Shown here: in pieces, positions 1-13,005 of the stretch
How positions within the stretch are numbered: the first letter of the stretch is position 1
Layout: every line of letters starts with the position of its first letter
Assembly (NCBI GenBank): GCA_965287045.1
Contig: OZ336878.1
Location: 15,128,001-15,192,000, forward strand
Reading direction: 5' to 3'
From: Carcharhinus amblyrhynchos
Lineage: Eukaryota
DNA: 64,000 nucleotides
Notes under the pieces: generated by a model
Told to the model about the DNA's origin: nothing
Database searches by the model: none
Seen by the model: only the letters and a program-made list of their open reading frames with translations
Program-made: the position numbers and the translations under genes

Positions 1-1185
1 ATTCCCACAGTGTTGTTATGCGAGTAGTCCCAAGATTTTGAAGCAGCAACAACGAAGGAACAAAATTATATTTCCAAGTCAGCTTGGTGCAGAACTTGGA
101 GAAATGGCTAGGGTTTCCAATGATCCTGAAGCCCTTTTCCTTCTAGGTGTTAGAGATGAAGGGTTTGGTTGGTGCAGTTGAAGCAGGCTTGGTGAATCAC
201 TAAAATGCATCCTGTGTGTGGGACACACCGAAGTCGGATTAGTGATCAAGAACGCGACACCAATAAAGTTTGATGCAGGTAGCTCCTTGGGTGACTTTCG
301 AGCTGAACTCATCCAGTTAAGTGAAGAGTGTTTATGGCATCACATTCCTGCCTTGTGCCTTACAAATATTCAAAAGATTTAGGGGAGTCAGGAAACGTGT
401 CACTCACTACACTCTACTTAATGTTCGACCTGTTTCTAGCCACAGTACTTATGTGGCTGGTTCAATTAGATTTCTGGTCAACGATGATCCCCAGGGTGTT
501 GATGGAGGGAGATTCAGAAATGAACATGCAATTGAATGTCATATTCTCTGTTGAAGATGGTCTTTGCCTGGTATTTGTGTAACACAAATGTAACTCACCA
601 CTTATCAGCCCAAGCCTGAATGTTGTCTGGATCTTGTTGTAAGTGGGTACAGTCTGCTTCATCATCTGATGAATTGTGAACCGAACCAAACATCACACTT
701 CCAATTTTATGATATGAAGGTTATTGATTAGGCAGCTGAAGGTGGTTGGGCCTCAGACACTACCCTGAGGAATACCTAGAGTAATGTCTTGGGGGTGGAA
801 ATATGATATGATTAGCCTCCTACAATTTTTTTGTTGCTAGTAATGACTCCAGTATTGGAATTTTTCTCTGGAAGCCAGGCTCTTTGAAGCTTCACCCAAA
901 ACTGGTATAATGAGGTCTAAAGTTAAGAGGCTCAAATGAAACCCAAACCTAAGAAGAAGAAAAAAAGTCGGTAAGCACTTTATTAGCAAGCAATTGCTAC
1001 TTGTCAGTCCTTTGTCACCTTGCTCACTGAGACTAAAGTGATGTGGCAGTAACTGGGCAAGTTGAATTTGTCCTGCTTTTTATTAACAGGACGTACCTAG
1101 GCAATTACTCACACAGTCAGATGCCAGCATTGTAGCTGGATTAGAACAACTGGACTAGAAGCACAACTAGTTCAGGAACACACCA
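1..1185 (-). mobile_element. Degenerate CR1-clade LINE fragment (same family as 48450-51710)
   Basis: The reverse complement of ~1130-1185 encodes a decayed CAPELAAPLAKLFQYSY-like motif that matches the plus-strand LINE near 49400. Many stops. Confidence 0.6.
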
Positions 1186-1586
1186 TTTTTGATTTGATTT
1201 GTTATCACATGTACTAGTGTACAGTGAAAAGTATTGTTTCTTCCGTGCTGTACAGACAAAGCATACCATTCATACAGAAGGAAACGAGAGAGTGCAGAAT
1301 GTCGTGTTACAGTGGGTGTACAGAAAGATCAACTTAATGCAAGGTAGGTCCATTCAAAAGTCTGATGGCAGCAGGGAAGAAGCAGATCTTGAATCGGTTG
1401 GTACATGACCTCAGGCTTTCTTTTTCCCCAATGGAAGGGGGTGGAAAAGAGAATGTTAGGCGTGGGTGAGGTCCTTAATTATGCTGAATACTTTGCCAAC
1501 ACAGCAGGAATGTAGACAGAGTCAATGAATGAGAGGTTGGTTCATGTGATAGATTGGACGACATTCACAACCTTTTGTAGTTTCTT
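1186..1586 (-). mobile_element. Rex1/Babar LINE 3' end; continues at ~2300-2930
   Basis: Starts with the (TTTGA)n tail and is the reverse complement of the Rex1 3' region at 6400-6822. Confidence 0.75.
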
Positions 1587-1602
1587 ATTCATTGTCACAA
1601 GT

Positions 1603-1752
1603 AAGAACATAAGAACATAAGAAATAGGAGCAGGAGTAGGCCATCTGGCCCTTCGAGCCTGCCCCGCCATTCAATAAGATCATGGCTGATCTGTCGTGGC
1701 TCAGTTCCACTTTCCCGCCCTCTCCCCATAACCCTTAATCCCCTCTCTTATC
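1603..1752 (-). mobile_element. Short 5'-truncated CR1/HER1 3' end inserted into a SINE tail
   Basis: Begins with the (AGAACATA)n tail and is near-identical to the reverse complement of 50834-50938. Confidence 0.8.
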
Positions 1753-1754
1753 AA

Positions 1755-2290
1755 AGGCTTGCATCCACACTGCAATGAGGTTACAGTGAAAATCCCCTAG
1801 TCGCCAGATACCAGCACCTGTTCGGGTACACTGGAGGGAGAATTTAGCATGGCTAATTCACCTAACTTGCACATGTTGTTGTTGTTGTTGATTTATTTAT
1901 TAGTCACAAGTAAAGCTTATATTAACACTGAGAAGTTCTCCAAGATGCCACACTCTGGCATCTGTTTGGATCAATGCTCCTAACCAGCACGTCTTTCAGA
2001 ACATGAGGGGAAACCTAGTACCCAGAGGAAACCTATGTAGACTCAGGGAAAACATGCAAACTCCACACAGACAGTGACCCAAGCTGGGAATCAAACCCAG
2101 GTCCCTAGTGCTGTGAAGCAGCAGCAGCATCTTTTGGACTGCAGGAGGAAATCAGAGTACCTGGAGGAAACCCACGCAGACACAGGGAGAATGTGTAAAC
2201 TCCACATGGACAGTGATCCAAGCCAGGAATTGAACCTTGGTACCTGGCACTGTGAAGCAGCAGTGCTAACCACTATGCCATCGTACTGCC
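1755..2290 (-). mobile_element. Cluster of three partial HE1-type V-SINE copies
   Basis: Repeated GAGGAAACCCACGCAGACACAGGGAGAATGTGTAAACTCCACA core and tRNA-derived head (reverse complement GTGGTTAGCACTGCTGC). Confidence 0.85.
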
Positions 2291-2427
2291 CCATGCAATC
2301 TTTGGCAGATCAGAAGCCATATCACATATGCATGAAAGCTGTGAATGTTTTCTATGGTGCATCTGTAAAAGTTGGAGAGAGTTGTAGATGACATGCCAAA
2401 TTTCCTTAGTCTTCTGAGAAAGTAGAG

Positions 2428-3345
2428 GCATTTTGGTAGGAAGAATTGGGAGTGGCATACATGCTAATTTCATAGAATCATACAGAAATTTTTAAATGTG
2501 CACAAATCTTTGAAAATGGCAGGACAGGTTAATAAGATAATTAACAAAACATTTAGGATTCTAGCCTTTATAAATAGGACAGAAAAGGAAGGAAGTTATG
2601 ATGGCTGTGATGAAAATATTGGTTTGGTCTCGACTCGAGTATTATATCTAATTCTGGGCACCACACTGTAGGAAGATGTGAAGTCATTTAAGATGATGCT
2701 GAAAAGATTCATCTCAATGAATTACTATAGTGATTCATTTCTTAACTATCATGTCAGCACAGGGAGCAAGGGAGCAAACCAGGACAGTGATCTGAACATC
2801 TAAAAACTTGAAGCTCTCCACCCTTGCTACTTTGTCCCCATTGATGTAGACAGGGGCATGTTCTCCTCTAAGCTCCCTGAAGTCGATGACCATCTTCTTT
2901 GTTTTGTTGACATTACAGCCAGGCTATTGTCAAGGCCAATAAACTTTGTTGTAACCTCATGACTGAACACCCCCATCAAATCTAATCTTCTCTAAGAGCA
3001 GCCCCAGCTTCTCCAATATATCCATGTAACCAAAGTTCCTCATGCACAAAACCATCCCTGTGAATCTTTTCAGCATCATCTCAAATGACTTCACATCTTT
3101 CTACAGTGTGCTGCCCAGAATTAGACATAATACTCAAGTCGAGACCAAACCAATGTTTTCATCACAGCCATCATAACTTCCTTACTTTTCTGCCCTATTT
3201 ATAAAGGCTAGAATTCTAAATGTTTTGTTAATTATTTTATTAACCTGTCCTTCTATTTTCAAAGATTTGTGCACATTTAAAAATTTCTGTTATGATTCTA
3301 TGAAATTAGCATGTATGCCACTCCTAATTCTTCCTACCAAAATGC
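2428..3345. repeat. Long inverted repeat: arms ~2428-2711 and ~3061-3345, spacer ~350 bp
   Basis: GCATTTTGGTAGGAAGAATTGGGAGTGGCATACATGCTAATTTCATAG...GCTGAAAAGATTCA pairs with TGAATCTTTTCAGC...CTATGAAATTAGCATGTATGCCACTCCTAATTCTTCCTACCAAAATGC. Confidence 0.95.
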
Positions 3346-3607
3346 AAAGACCACACAGACACCAGATCTTCCGCTTCCCACTTCTTGGTGGATATTGCTG
3401 GTCTGACTTCCCAGAATGCACCAGTGAAGTCCCTCAGCCACCTTTACCAGCCACATGGCAGTATTTCACCTGAGCCAACACCCAAGGGGCATGGCTGTAG
3501 CAACTGAATGTCCTGGTAAAGCCAGGCTGAGGGAGCAGCCAAAAGATTGGCCGCCTGTGGGCCGACAGCATGGGAACTGTGTGTTGTGGGCAGCCTCTGC
3601 TGGCAGC

Positions 3608-3729
3608 AAAAGCCTACTGCACCTGACATTCCCAGGCAGTCTCCCATCCAAGTACTAAACAGGCCCAAGTCTGATTAGCTTCCGAGATCAGATGACATCA
3701 GGCATTTTCAGCCTAGTGTGGCCGTAGGC
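3608..3729 (-). rRNA. 5S rRNA gene copy, probably a pseudogene or orphon
   Basis: Reverse complement is GCCTACGGCCACACTAGGCTGAAAATGCCTGATGTCATCTGATCTCGGAAGCTAATCAGACTTGGGCCTGTTTAGTACTTGGATGGGAGACTGCCTGGGAATGTCAGGTGCAGTAGGCTTTT. This is full-length 5S with a C box and T4 terminator, and several CpG-decay changes. Confidence 0.92.
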
Positions 3730-4056
3730 ATTCATTTGGCTGCTTTCTGGCCAATTCAAGCCTGATAGTTCAGCTGCTTCTTTGCCGTTCTTTTGAATTC
3801 TTTTCCCTCTCTCCTCCTCCTCCTTTGTGCAGTCTTTCCCTCTAACCGCTTTTGGCAGTCTGCATATTTACCCTACCCCACAATTGTGTCAAATTTCATT
3901 TGCCATGTGGCCCATTCCATGACATCATCTTGAAGTGTTACTATCTTTCTTACTGCACGCTTCCCAGTTTCACATCATCTGCAAATTTCAAAATTGTATC
4001 CCATATTTCCAAAGTCCAGGTCAATAATACATACCAAAACAGTGGTTCAAGTACTG

Positions 4057-5790
4057 GAACATAGAACAGTGCAGCACAGTACAGGCCCTTTGGCCCACAA
4101 TGTTGTGCCAAGCTACGTCTAGACCCAAGATCAAGCTATCTCACGCCCTATAATTCTGGTGTGCTCCATGTGTCTATCCAATAACCGCTTGAAAGTTCCT
4201 AAAGTGTCTGACTCCACTATCACAGCAGGCAGTGTATTCCACACCCCAAACCACTGAGTGAAGAATCTACCTTGGGCACCCTTCCTATATCTCCCACCAT
4301 AAACCTTATAGTTATGTCCCCAAGTAACAACTACATCCACCCAAGGAAACAGTCTATCCCCCTCATCATCTTAAGTTGCCTCTCATCCTCCTCCACTCCA
4401 AAGAGGAAAGCCCCAGCTCCCTCAACCTTTCCTTATAAGACCTACACTCCAAACCAGACAGCATCCTGGTAAATCTCCTCTGCACTCTCTCCAATGCTTC
4501 CACATCCTTCTTATAGTGAAGTGACCAGAATTGAACACAATATTCCAAATGTGGTCTCACCAATGTCCAGTATAGTTGCAGCATAACCCCACAGCTCTTA
4601 AACTCAAACCTGTTAATAAAGGCTAAAACACTATTAGCCTTCTTCACAGCTCTATCCACTTGAATGGCAACCTTCAGAGATCTGTGGATATGAACCCCAA
4701 GATCTCTCTGCTCCTCCACATTCCTCAGAACCTTGCCGTTGACCCTGTAATCTGCATTCAAGTTTGTCCTACCAAAATGAATCACCTCGCACTTATCAGG
4801 GTTAAACTTCATCTGCCACTTTTCTGCCCAGCTCTGCATCTTATCAATGTCTCTTTGCAGCCTGCAAGAGCCCTCCACATCATCCAATACTCCACCAACC
4901 TTGGTGTCATCAACAAATTTACTAAGCCACCCTTCAGCCCCCTCTTCCAAGTCATTGATAAAAATCACAAATAGCAGAGGACCCAGCGCTGACCCTTGTG
5001 GTACACCACTGGTAACTGGCCTCCAGTCTGAAAATTTTCTTTCCACCACCACCCTCTGCTTTCTAATGACACAGCCAGTTACTTATCCAATTGGCCAAAT
5101 TTCTTTCTCTCCCACACCTCCTCACTTTCTTCATGATCTTACCATAGGGAACCTTATCAAATGCCTTACTACAATCCATGTATAGGACATCAACTGCTCT
5201 ACCTTTGTCTACACACTTAGTTACCTCCTCAAAGAATTCAATCAAATTGGAGAGGCAGAACTTGCCCCTCACGAAACCATGCTGACTATCCCGGATTAAG
5301 CTGCATCTTTCCAAATGGTCCCTTTCCATTAACATACTGACCACCGAAGAAAGACTAACTGGCCTATAATTACCAGGGTCATTCCTATTTCCTTTCTCGA
5401 AGAGAGGAACAACATTCCCCACTCTCCAGTCCTCTGGCACAATCCCCATAGACAGTGAGGACCCAAAGATCAAAGCTAAAGGCTTGCGATCTCGTCACTT
5501 GCCTCCCAAAGTATCCTAGAATGTATCCCATCTGGCCCAGGGGACTTATCGACCCTCAGGTTTTTCAAAATTGCTAATACATCTTCCCTCAGAACATCTA
5601 CCTCCTCCATCCTATCAGCCTGTATTATGCACTCATCCTCAAAAACATGGCCCTCTCCTTAGTGAGCACTAAAGAATTCATTTAATGCCTCACCTATCTC
5701 TTCTGACTCCATGCACAAGTTCCCACTACTATCCTTGACTGGCCCTAACCTCACTGTGGTCATTCTTTTATTTCTCACATAAGAGTAAAA
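4057..5790 (-). mobile_element. HER1/CR1 LINE, 5'-truncated, reverse-transcriptase region
   Basis: ORFs 4366-5052 and 5063-5473 contain GVPQGSALGP, KFVDDTK, NYRPVSL and LVRPHLEYCVQFWS. Ends in a (TTCTATG)-type tail. Confidence 0.95.
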
Positions 5791-6029
5791 GTCTAGGGAA
5801 AACCACCACGAGCCTTCCTCGGATCTGAAAAACAACCATTCACTATAACATGCTGTTTTCTTTCCCTCAACCAAGTTTGCATCTATGCTACTACCGTTTA
5901 ATCCCACGTATTTCAATTTTGTTAACAAGCCTATTATGTCATAGTTAGTCGAACATCCTCTAAAAATCTAAAAAAAATCAAGTTAGCCAAATATGATTTT
6001 CCCTAAAAAATCCCACTTTCGTAGAATAC

Positions 6030-7020
6030 AATCATAGAATCTCTACAGTGGAGAAGGAGGCCATTCAGCCCATCACCTCTGCACCGATCTCACCCAGACC
6101 CTATTCCCATAACCCCTCATATTTACACAAGAAGCACAAAGGAGAACATGCCCCTGTCTACATCAACAGGGACAAAGTAGAAAAGGTTGAGCACTTCAAG
6201 TTTTTAGGTGTCCAGATCACCATCCTGTCCTGGTCCCCCCCATGCCGACACTATATAGTTAAGAATGCCCACCAATGCCTCCACTTTCTCAAAAGACTAA
6301 GGAAATTTGGCATGTCAGCTACGACTCTCACCAACTTTTATAGATGCTCCACAGAAAGCATTCTTTCTGGTTGTATCACAATTTGATGCAGGTCCTGCTC
6401 TGCCCAAGACTGCAAGGAACAACAAAAGGTCATGAATGTAGCCCAATCCATCACTCAAACCAGCCTTCCATCCATTTACTGTCTACACTTCCCACTGCCC
6501 TGACAAAGCAGCCAACATAATTAAGGACACTCCACACCCCGAACATTTTCTTTTGCCTTCTTCAGTCAGGAAAAAGATACAAAGGTCTGATGTCACGTAC
6601 CAACCCACTCAAGAACAGCTTCTTCCCTGCTGCTATTAGACTCTTGAATGGACTTACCTTGCATTAAGTTGATCTTTCACTACACCCTAGCTATGACTGT
6701 AACACTACATTCTGCAATCTCTCTTTTCCTTCTCAATGAATGGTACTCTTTGTGCGTACAGTGCCAAGAAACAATACTTTTCACTGTATGTTAATACACG
6801 TGTCAATAATAAATAAAATCAAAATGCTAATCCCCGACAGTAGAGTTAATTTAGCATGGCCAATCAACCTAACCTATGTTTGGAGTGTGGGAGGAAACCG
6901 GAGCAGCCGAAGGAAATCCACGCAGACATGGAGAGAATGTGCACACAGACAGTGACTCAAGACTGGAATTGAACTTGGGTCCCTGGCATTGAGAGGCAGC
7001 AATGCTAACCACTGTGCCAC
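6030..7020 (-). mobile_element. HE1 SINE split by a Rex1 insertion
   Basis: SINE tail at 6030-6125 and SINE body/head at 6825-7020. Confidence 0.75.
6128..6823 (+). mobile_element. Rex1/Babar LINE 3' fragment
   Basis: VEHFKFLGV...QCLHFLKRLRKFGMSATTLTNFYRCSTESILSGCIT, followed by the AATAAATAAAATCAAA tail. Confidence 0.9.
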
Positions 7021-8364
7021 CTCTGACAATTCTGTTTATATGCCCATAAAAGACCTTAGAATTTCCCTTTTGTTGTTAGCTGCTGATCAAGTGCCTATTT
7101 GTCCCTTTTTTGCTTCTCTATACATTCTGCATTCAGTCTGATTTTTCATTTTTCCAAGCTGGATCTCTCTTTTATTTTCTCAAAGTAGCCCTTGCTTTTT
7201 TTAAAAAACAACTCTGGATTGCTCATCTTTCTCCATATTAAATATAGGTTTTATGACACCACAATCACTACTCTAAAGAAGCTTGCCTACTGAGGTGACA
7301 GCAATTGCACTTGACATCAAGACAAGGTTGACTGAGTGTGGCCTGCACCAGATGGACAGTAGCAGTTCGAGGCAACGCACCACCTCTTTCTCAAGGGCAG
7401 TTAGAGATGAGCAAAATATGCTGGTCTTGCCAGCAATGTCCACATATCATGCGAGAATGAAAAAAATACTTTACATATGACCTACATAATTCCCCAAGAC
7501 TACATTCACCAAAGCTTCAAAACAAAAAAAAACAGAAAAAGAGAACTCATTTTATAGCCTAAATATGGTAGAGGCGCAAAGGAAACAGAGACAGATACAC
7601 AAATCATTAAAGTAACAGCATTGATTGACTAAACTATAACGAAAACTGCAAAAAGCAGGAGTTTAAATTTTTGAAACCTGCTCTGTAAGAAATGTTAAAC
7701 AAATAGACCATTGGTTCAATTACACTTGAAAGATTACTGTGCACAATTCTGGACTTTGTATTATAAAACAGACAGAAACACTATATATAAATTTATTTAT
7801 TTACAAGGATGACAGCTGCAATCGGTAAACTCAGCTAACAGGTGGCACCAAACAGGTTAGGGCTCTTTAGATAGAATCTTCTCCAAGATGAAAGATGACT
7901 TAATGGAGGCTTTTAAAACCATGAAAACATTTGATGGCGTAGATGTAGAGAAAGTATGTGGGAGCTGGAGGAAGAGGTGGGATGTGGGGAAACAAGAGTC
8001 CAAAATTAGCAGCTATGAATATAAGCTAGTCAATAATAAGGAATTCGGGAAAAAAATTTAAACTGGAAAGAACAAATGTGCACTCACTCACAGAAGTGAA
8101 GATGAATACTGTAGATACATTTAAAGGGAAAGCTAGGTATGCACAAGCGAGAAAGAATGAAGGAGGTAAGAGGCTCTTGAGGAACAATGGTCTGCTGTGC
8201 TAAATGACATGTTCTTGTATTATTACTGAGAATTTACACCACATGTCCATTGCCCTTTGTATTTTAGAGTTTGTTATAATTTGTAGTTTAATTGTCTATG
8301 GTAACAAGGTTTTTTAATCATCTTTCCTTTTATTACTGATCTTCCTCTCTCCCTTCAACTCAGT

Positions 8365-9085
8365 CCAGATCTAATGTAGGGGGGGACCTATACAATAAAT
8401 GGCAGAACCATCAGGAGTATGGACACACAGAGGGACCTAGGGGTGCAAGTCCACAGGTCCCTAAAGGTGGCAGCACAGGTGGAGAGGGTGGTGAAGGCGG
8501 CATATGGAATGCTTGTCTTTACTGGACGCGGCATAGAGTATAAATGTTGCAGCTATATAGAACGTTGGTTAGGCCGCATTTGGAATATTGCGTCCAGTTC
8601 TGGTCGCCACACTACCAGAAGGACGTGGAGGCTTTGGAGAAAGTACAGAAAAAGTTTACTAGGATGTTGCCTTGCATGAAAGGTCTTAGCTATGGAGGAG
8701 AGATTGGGCAAACTGGGGTTCTTCTCCCTGGAAAGACGGAGGATGAGGGGTGACCCAATAGAGGTGTATAAAATTATGAAGGGCATAGATAGGGTGAACA
8801 GTGGGAAGCTTTTTCCTAGGTCAGAGGTGACGAACACAGGGGGTCACATGTTCAAGGTGAGGGGGGCAAGGTTCAACACAGATGTTGGGGGACGTATTTT
8901 ACACAAGCAAGGTGGTTGAGGTGGACACGCTGGGATCGTTTAAAGACTTATCTTGATAGCCACATGAACAGACTGGGAATAGAGGGATACAAACGAATGG
9001 TCTAGTTGGGTGCATGAGCAGCACAGGCTTGGAGGGCTGAAGAGCCTGTTCCTGTGCTGTACTGTTCTTTGTTCTTTTGTTCTTT
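8365..9085 (+). mobile_element. CR1/HER1 3' fragment
   Basis: QRDLGVQVHRSLK, LYRTLVRPHLEYCVQFWSP and a (TGTTCTT)n tail. Confidence 0.92.
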
Positions 9086-9480
9086 GAAGAGGCTATGTAA
9101 ATGCCTGGGTTTTGTGATGACTGTAACAGAACTGAGCTAAAAGCACAAAAAACAACTTCTAGTGCACTAAAAGTATATATTCTGAACATAACAAAAAGGA
9201 TTCCCAAAAAATTTCAATATACTTCGTTTTTTTTTTAAAAATTAGTACTTTGTAGTTTTGTGGATATTTTGAATTGCACAGGTATAGCACAGGCAAATAA
9301 AAATTTCCATTAGAATACCATAACTACATATGCAGATATCAAAAGTAAAGTCTACAAATAGTTCATTTTCAATCATGGTTGAATACAGCTGCAACAATGC
9401 TCAAGAAGCTTGACACCATCATGAACAAAGCAACCCACTTGATTGGCATCTCCCCCACAAACATTCACTTCCTCCACCAC

Positions 9481-10830
9481 CATGGGAAAGGTTCCAGTGA
9501 ATTGGAAAAATGCTAATGTAGTGCTCTTATTCAAAAAAGGGAGGGGGCAAAATGTGGGAAATTATAGAGCAGTTAGTTTAACATTTGTTGTTGGGGAAGT
9601 GTTAGAATCAATCAAGGAAGCAATATCAGGAAATTTGGAAAGTCAAGTCAAAACGTTATCCATCAGTCAGTGTGGTTTTAGGAAGGGCAAATCACATTTG
9701 GCTAATTTACTAGAGTTCTTCAAAGATGTAACAAGCAAAGTGAATAATAGAGATCCTGTAGATGTAGTACATCTGATGAGGTGCAGCACAAAAGGTTAAT
9801 TCACAAGGTTAGATCACATGGATTTGGGGTAATTTATTACCTTGGATAGATGGACTGACTAATGAACAGAAGTAACAAATGAGGTGTCCCTGCTATTTAC
9901 AATCTATATTAACGACTGCGATACGGGATAGAAGGCTCTGTAGCCAAATTTGCAGATGACACAAAAACAGGAGGGTCAGTAAGTAGCAACAGGGAAATAA
10001 GAACCTTACCAAATGGATATAGATAGCTTAGGAGAGTGGGCCAAATGTGGCAGATGGAGTTTAACATGGATAAGTGTGAGGTCATGCATTCTGGTCGCAA
10101 AAATAGGAAGATGAATTATCTAAATAGGGAGAATCTTCAGGGTGCCCAGTGCAGAGGGATCTAGATGTCCTCACTCATGAATCACAGAAAACTAGCATGC
10201 AGGTACAGCAGATAATAAAGAAAGCAAATGGAATGTTGGCATTTATAGCTAAAGGAATAGAATATAAAGGTAAGGAAGCATTATTGAACTATACAAGGCA
10301 TTGGTGGAGGCCGTACCTGCAGTATTGTGCACACTTTTGGTCCCCTTATTTGAGGAGAGATGTAGTGGCATTGGAGGCGGTTCAGAGGAGATTCCCTAAG
10401 TTGATTCCAGAGATGAGGGGCTTGTCAAATGAACAGAGACTGAACAGTTTAGGCCTATACTCTCTGAAATTTAGAAGAATGAGGGGAGATCAAATCGAGG
10501 TGTACAAGATGAAAAAAGGTACAGATAAAATAGACAAGGAGCAGATGCTTCCTCTTATGGGGCTTTCTAGGACAAGAGGTCATAGTCTTAAGGGGTAGCA
10601 AATCTGAAACACGAGTTGAGGGAAACTACTTCTCTTGAAGGGTTGTGAATCTGTGGAATTCACTACTCCAAAGTGTGATGGATGCTGGGACAGTGATTTA
10701 GTGAGAAGTTAGATAGATTTTTAACCAGTAATGAGTTGGAAGGTCATGGGAAGAAGCAGCAAATCAGCCATGATCGAATGGTGAAGCTGACTCAATGGGC
10801 CAAATGGCCTAATCATGCTCCTATATCTTG
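9481..10830 (+). mobile_element. CR1 LINE RT fragment, frameshifted
   Basis: WKNANVVLLFKKG, NYRAVSLT, KFADDTK and LEAVQRRF. Confidence 0.92.
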
Positions 10831-10834
10831 TACG

Positions 10835-11715
10835 TACACGTATTAACAGTGAAAAATATCGTTTCTTGTGCACTATTACAAACAAGGCATACCATTTGTT
10901 GAGAAGGAAACGGGAGCACAGAATGTTGTGTTTTATACAAGGAAGGTGGTTGAGGTGGACACGCTGGGAGTCAAAGCTAGGGTGTAGAGAAAGATCAACT
11001 TAATGCAAGTCCATTCTGACAGCAGCAGGGAAGAAGCTGTTCTCAAGTCAATCGATACGCGACCTCAGACCTAATGCAAGTCCATTCTGACAGCAGCAGG
11101 GAAGAAGCTGTTCTCAAGTCAATCGATACGCGACCTCAGACCTTATATCTATTTCCTGAAGGAAAAAGGTGGGAGAGAGAATGACTGGAGTGCGTGGGGT
11201 CCTTAAATTATGCTGGCTGCTTTGCCGAGGCAGCGGGAAGCATAGACAGAGTCAACGGATGGGAGACTGGTTTGTGTGATGTATTGGGCTACATTCATGA
11301 CCTTTTGTAGTTTCTTACGGTCTTGGGCAGAGCAGGAGCCATACCAATCTGTGATACAACCAGAAAGAATGCTTTCTATGGTGTATGTGTAAAAGTNNNN
11401 NNNNNNNNNNNNNNNNNNNNNNNNNNNNNNNNNNNNNNNNNNNNNNNNNNNNNNNNNNNNNNNNNNNNNNNNNNNNNNNNNNNNNNNNNNNNNNNNNNNN
11501 NNNNNNNNNNNNNNNNNNNNNNNNNNNNNNNNNNNNNNNNNNNNNNNNNNNNNNNNNNNNNNNNNNNNNNNNNNNNNNNNNGTGATCTGGACACCAAAAA
11601 ACTTGAAGCTCTCAACCTTTTCTACTTCAGCCCCATTGATGAAGACAGGGGCATGTTCTCCTTTACGCTTCCTAAAGTCAATGATTATCTCCTTTGTTTT
11701 GTTGATGTTGAGGGA
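10835..11715 (-). mobile_element. Rex1/Babar fragment spanning the assembly gap
   Basis: Reverse complement of the 6128-6823 sequence. Contains a 71-bp tandem duplication at 11001-11142. Confidence 0.85.
11397..11581. other. Assembly gap (185 N)
   Basis: Run of n. Confidence 1.
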
Positions 11716-11719
11716 AGTT

Positions 11720-11995
11720 CATAAGATATGGGAGCATAATTAGGCCATTCAGCCCACTGTGAAAATCTGCCACACTCTGGCACCTGTTCAGGTACACCGA
11801 GGAAGAATTTAGCATGGCCAATACACTCAACCAGCACGTCCTTTGGACTGTGGGAGGAAATTGAAGCACCTAGAGGAAATCCATACAGACAAAGGGAGAA
11901 CGTGCAAACTCCACACAAAGTGCCCCAAGCCGGGAACTGAACCCAGGTCCCTGGATCCGTGAGGCAGCAGTGCTAACTACTGTGCCACACACCAC
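11720..11995 (-). mobile_element. HE1-type SINE
   Basis: V-SINE core and tRNA-like head. Confidence 0.85.
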
Positions 11996-12709
11996 CCATG
12001 AAATGACTGACAGCAATAATGCTTTGCTTAAATTCAAACCAGGCTGGTTGGTTCTGATGGGTCAAGGCATTGCCCTGGGGAATGAACAGAGAATGGTTGT
12101 CACCTATTTTGTTCAGTTGAAACAATGCCGTTTGTGTACGTGCTCTCTCTCATGTAAAAAAAAGGGCTCAGTGTATTTGTAACTTCGAGGCATAGGCGTG
12201 CCACAACATGAGCCCGATTGATGATCTTAAATCATCAATGTAATTCTTGAAACACTCAGGACTGTGAGACAAATGTTGTTCAACTGCAAAATTAAATTTA
12301 ACGCTGGACACTGGTTTTTGCAAACACAGGCTATTTGTGTACAGTCAGTATCTCGCCTGTTGTGAACCACTGAAAGGGCACATTATGTGATATGATCCAC
12401 CAGTCTTTCAGGCGTACGGCCTACATAACTTGCTGACCGTATAAGCTTGATTCCGAAATAAAGTGCATCAAAGCCATCCTCCAAGATAATAGCAATCCTG
12501 TGGGAAAACTCATGAACGGGCCTAAGGGCTGCCACTTTTGGTCCTGAAAAGTGCCTAGTCTACCAAAATTACCCTGGTAAGGCATCTCAAAAATTTGAGC
12601 AACAAGTAAAACTAGCCATTTCACACAGCAACTATGTGGCAGCAACATGTGTGGTGTTCACCACTAAGTGGGTGTTGCTATCAAGTCAAAAAGATGTTTT
12701 GCCCTTCAT

Positions 12710-13005
12710 ACAGGCAGCATAGTGGTTAGCACTACTGCCTCAGTGCCAGGGACCCTGACTTGATTCCCAGCTTGGACCACTGTCTGTGCGGATTCTATAC
12801 ATTCTCTGAGTCCGCGTGGGTTTCCTCTGGGTGCTCTGGTTTTCTCCGACAGTCTGAAAGATGTGCCAGTTAGGTGCATTGGCCACACTAAATTCTGCCT
12901 CAGTGTACCCAAACAAACACTGGAGTGCGCACCTAGGGGATTTTCACAAGTGACTTCATTGCAGTGTTAATGTAAGCCTACTTGCGGCTAATAAGTAAGC
13001 TTAAA
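12710..13005 (+). mobile_element. HE1-like V-SINE with an alternative (non-CR1) 3' tail
   Basis: HE1 head and core, followed by GGGGATTTTCAC...TTCATTGCAGTGTTAATGTAAGCCTACTTG...AATAA. Confidence 0.85.

Noticed and set aside
11001-11142. Perfect 71-bp tandem duplication
   Set aside because: It lies inside Rex1, 250 bp from an assembly gap, so it is probably an artefact or trivial slippage.
11323-11724. ORFs containing X runs
   Set aside because: Artefacts of the N gap.
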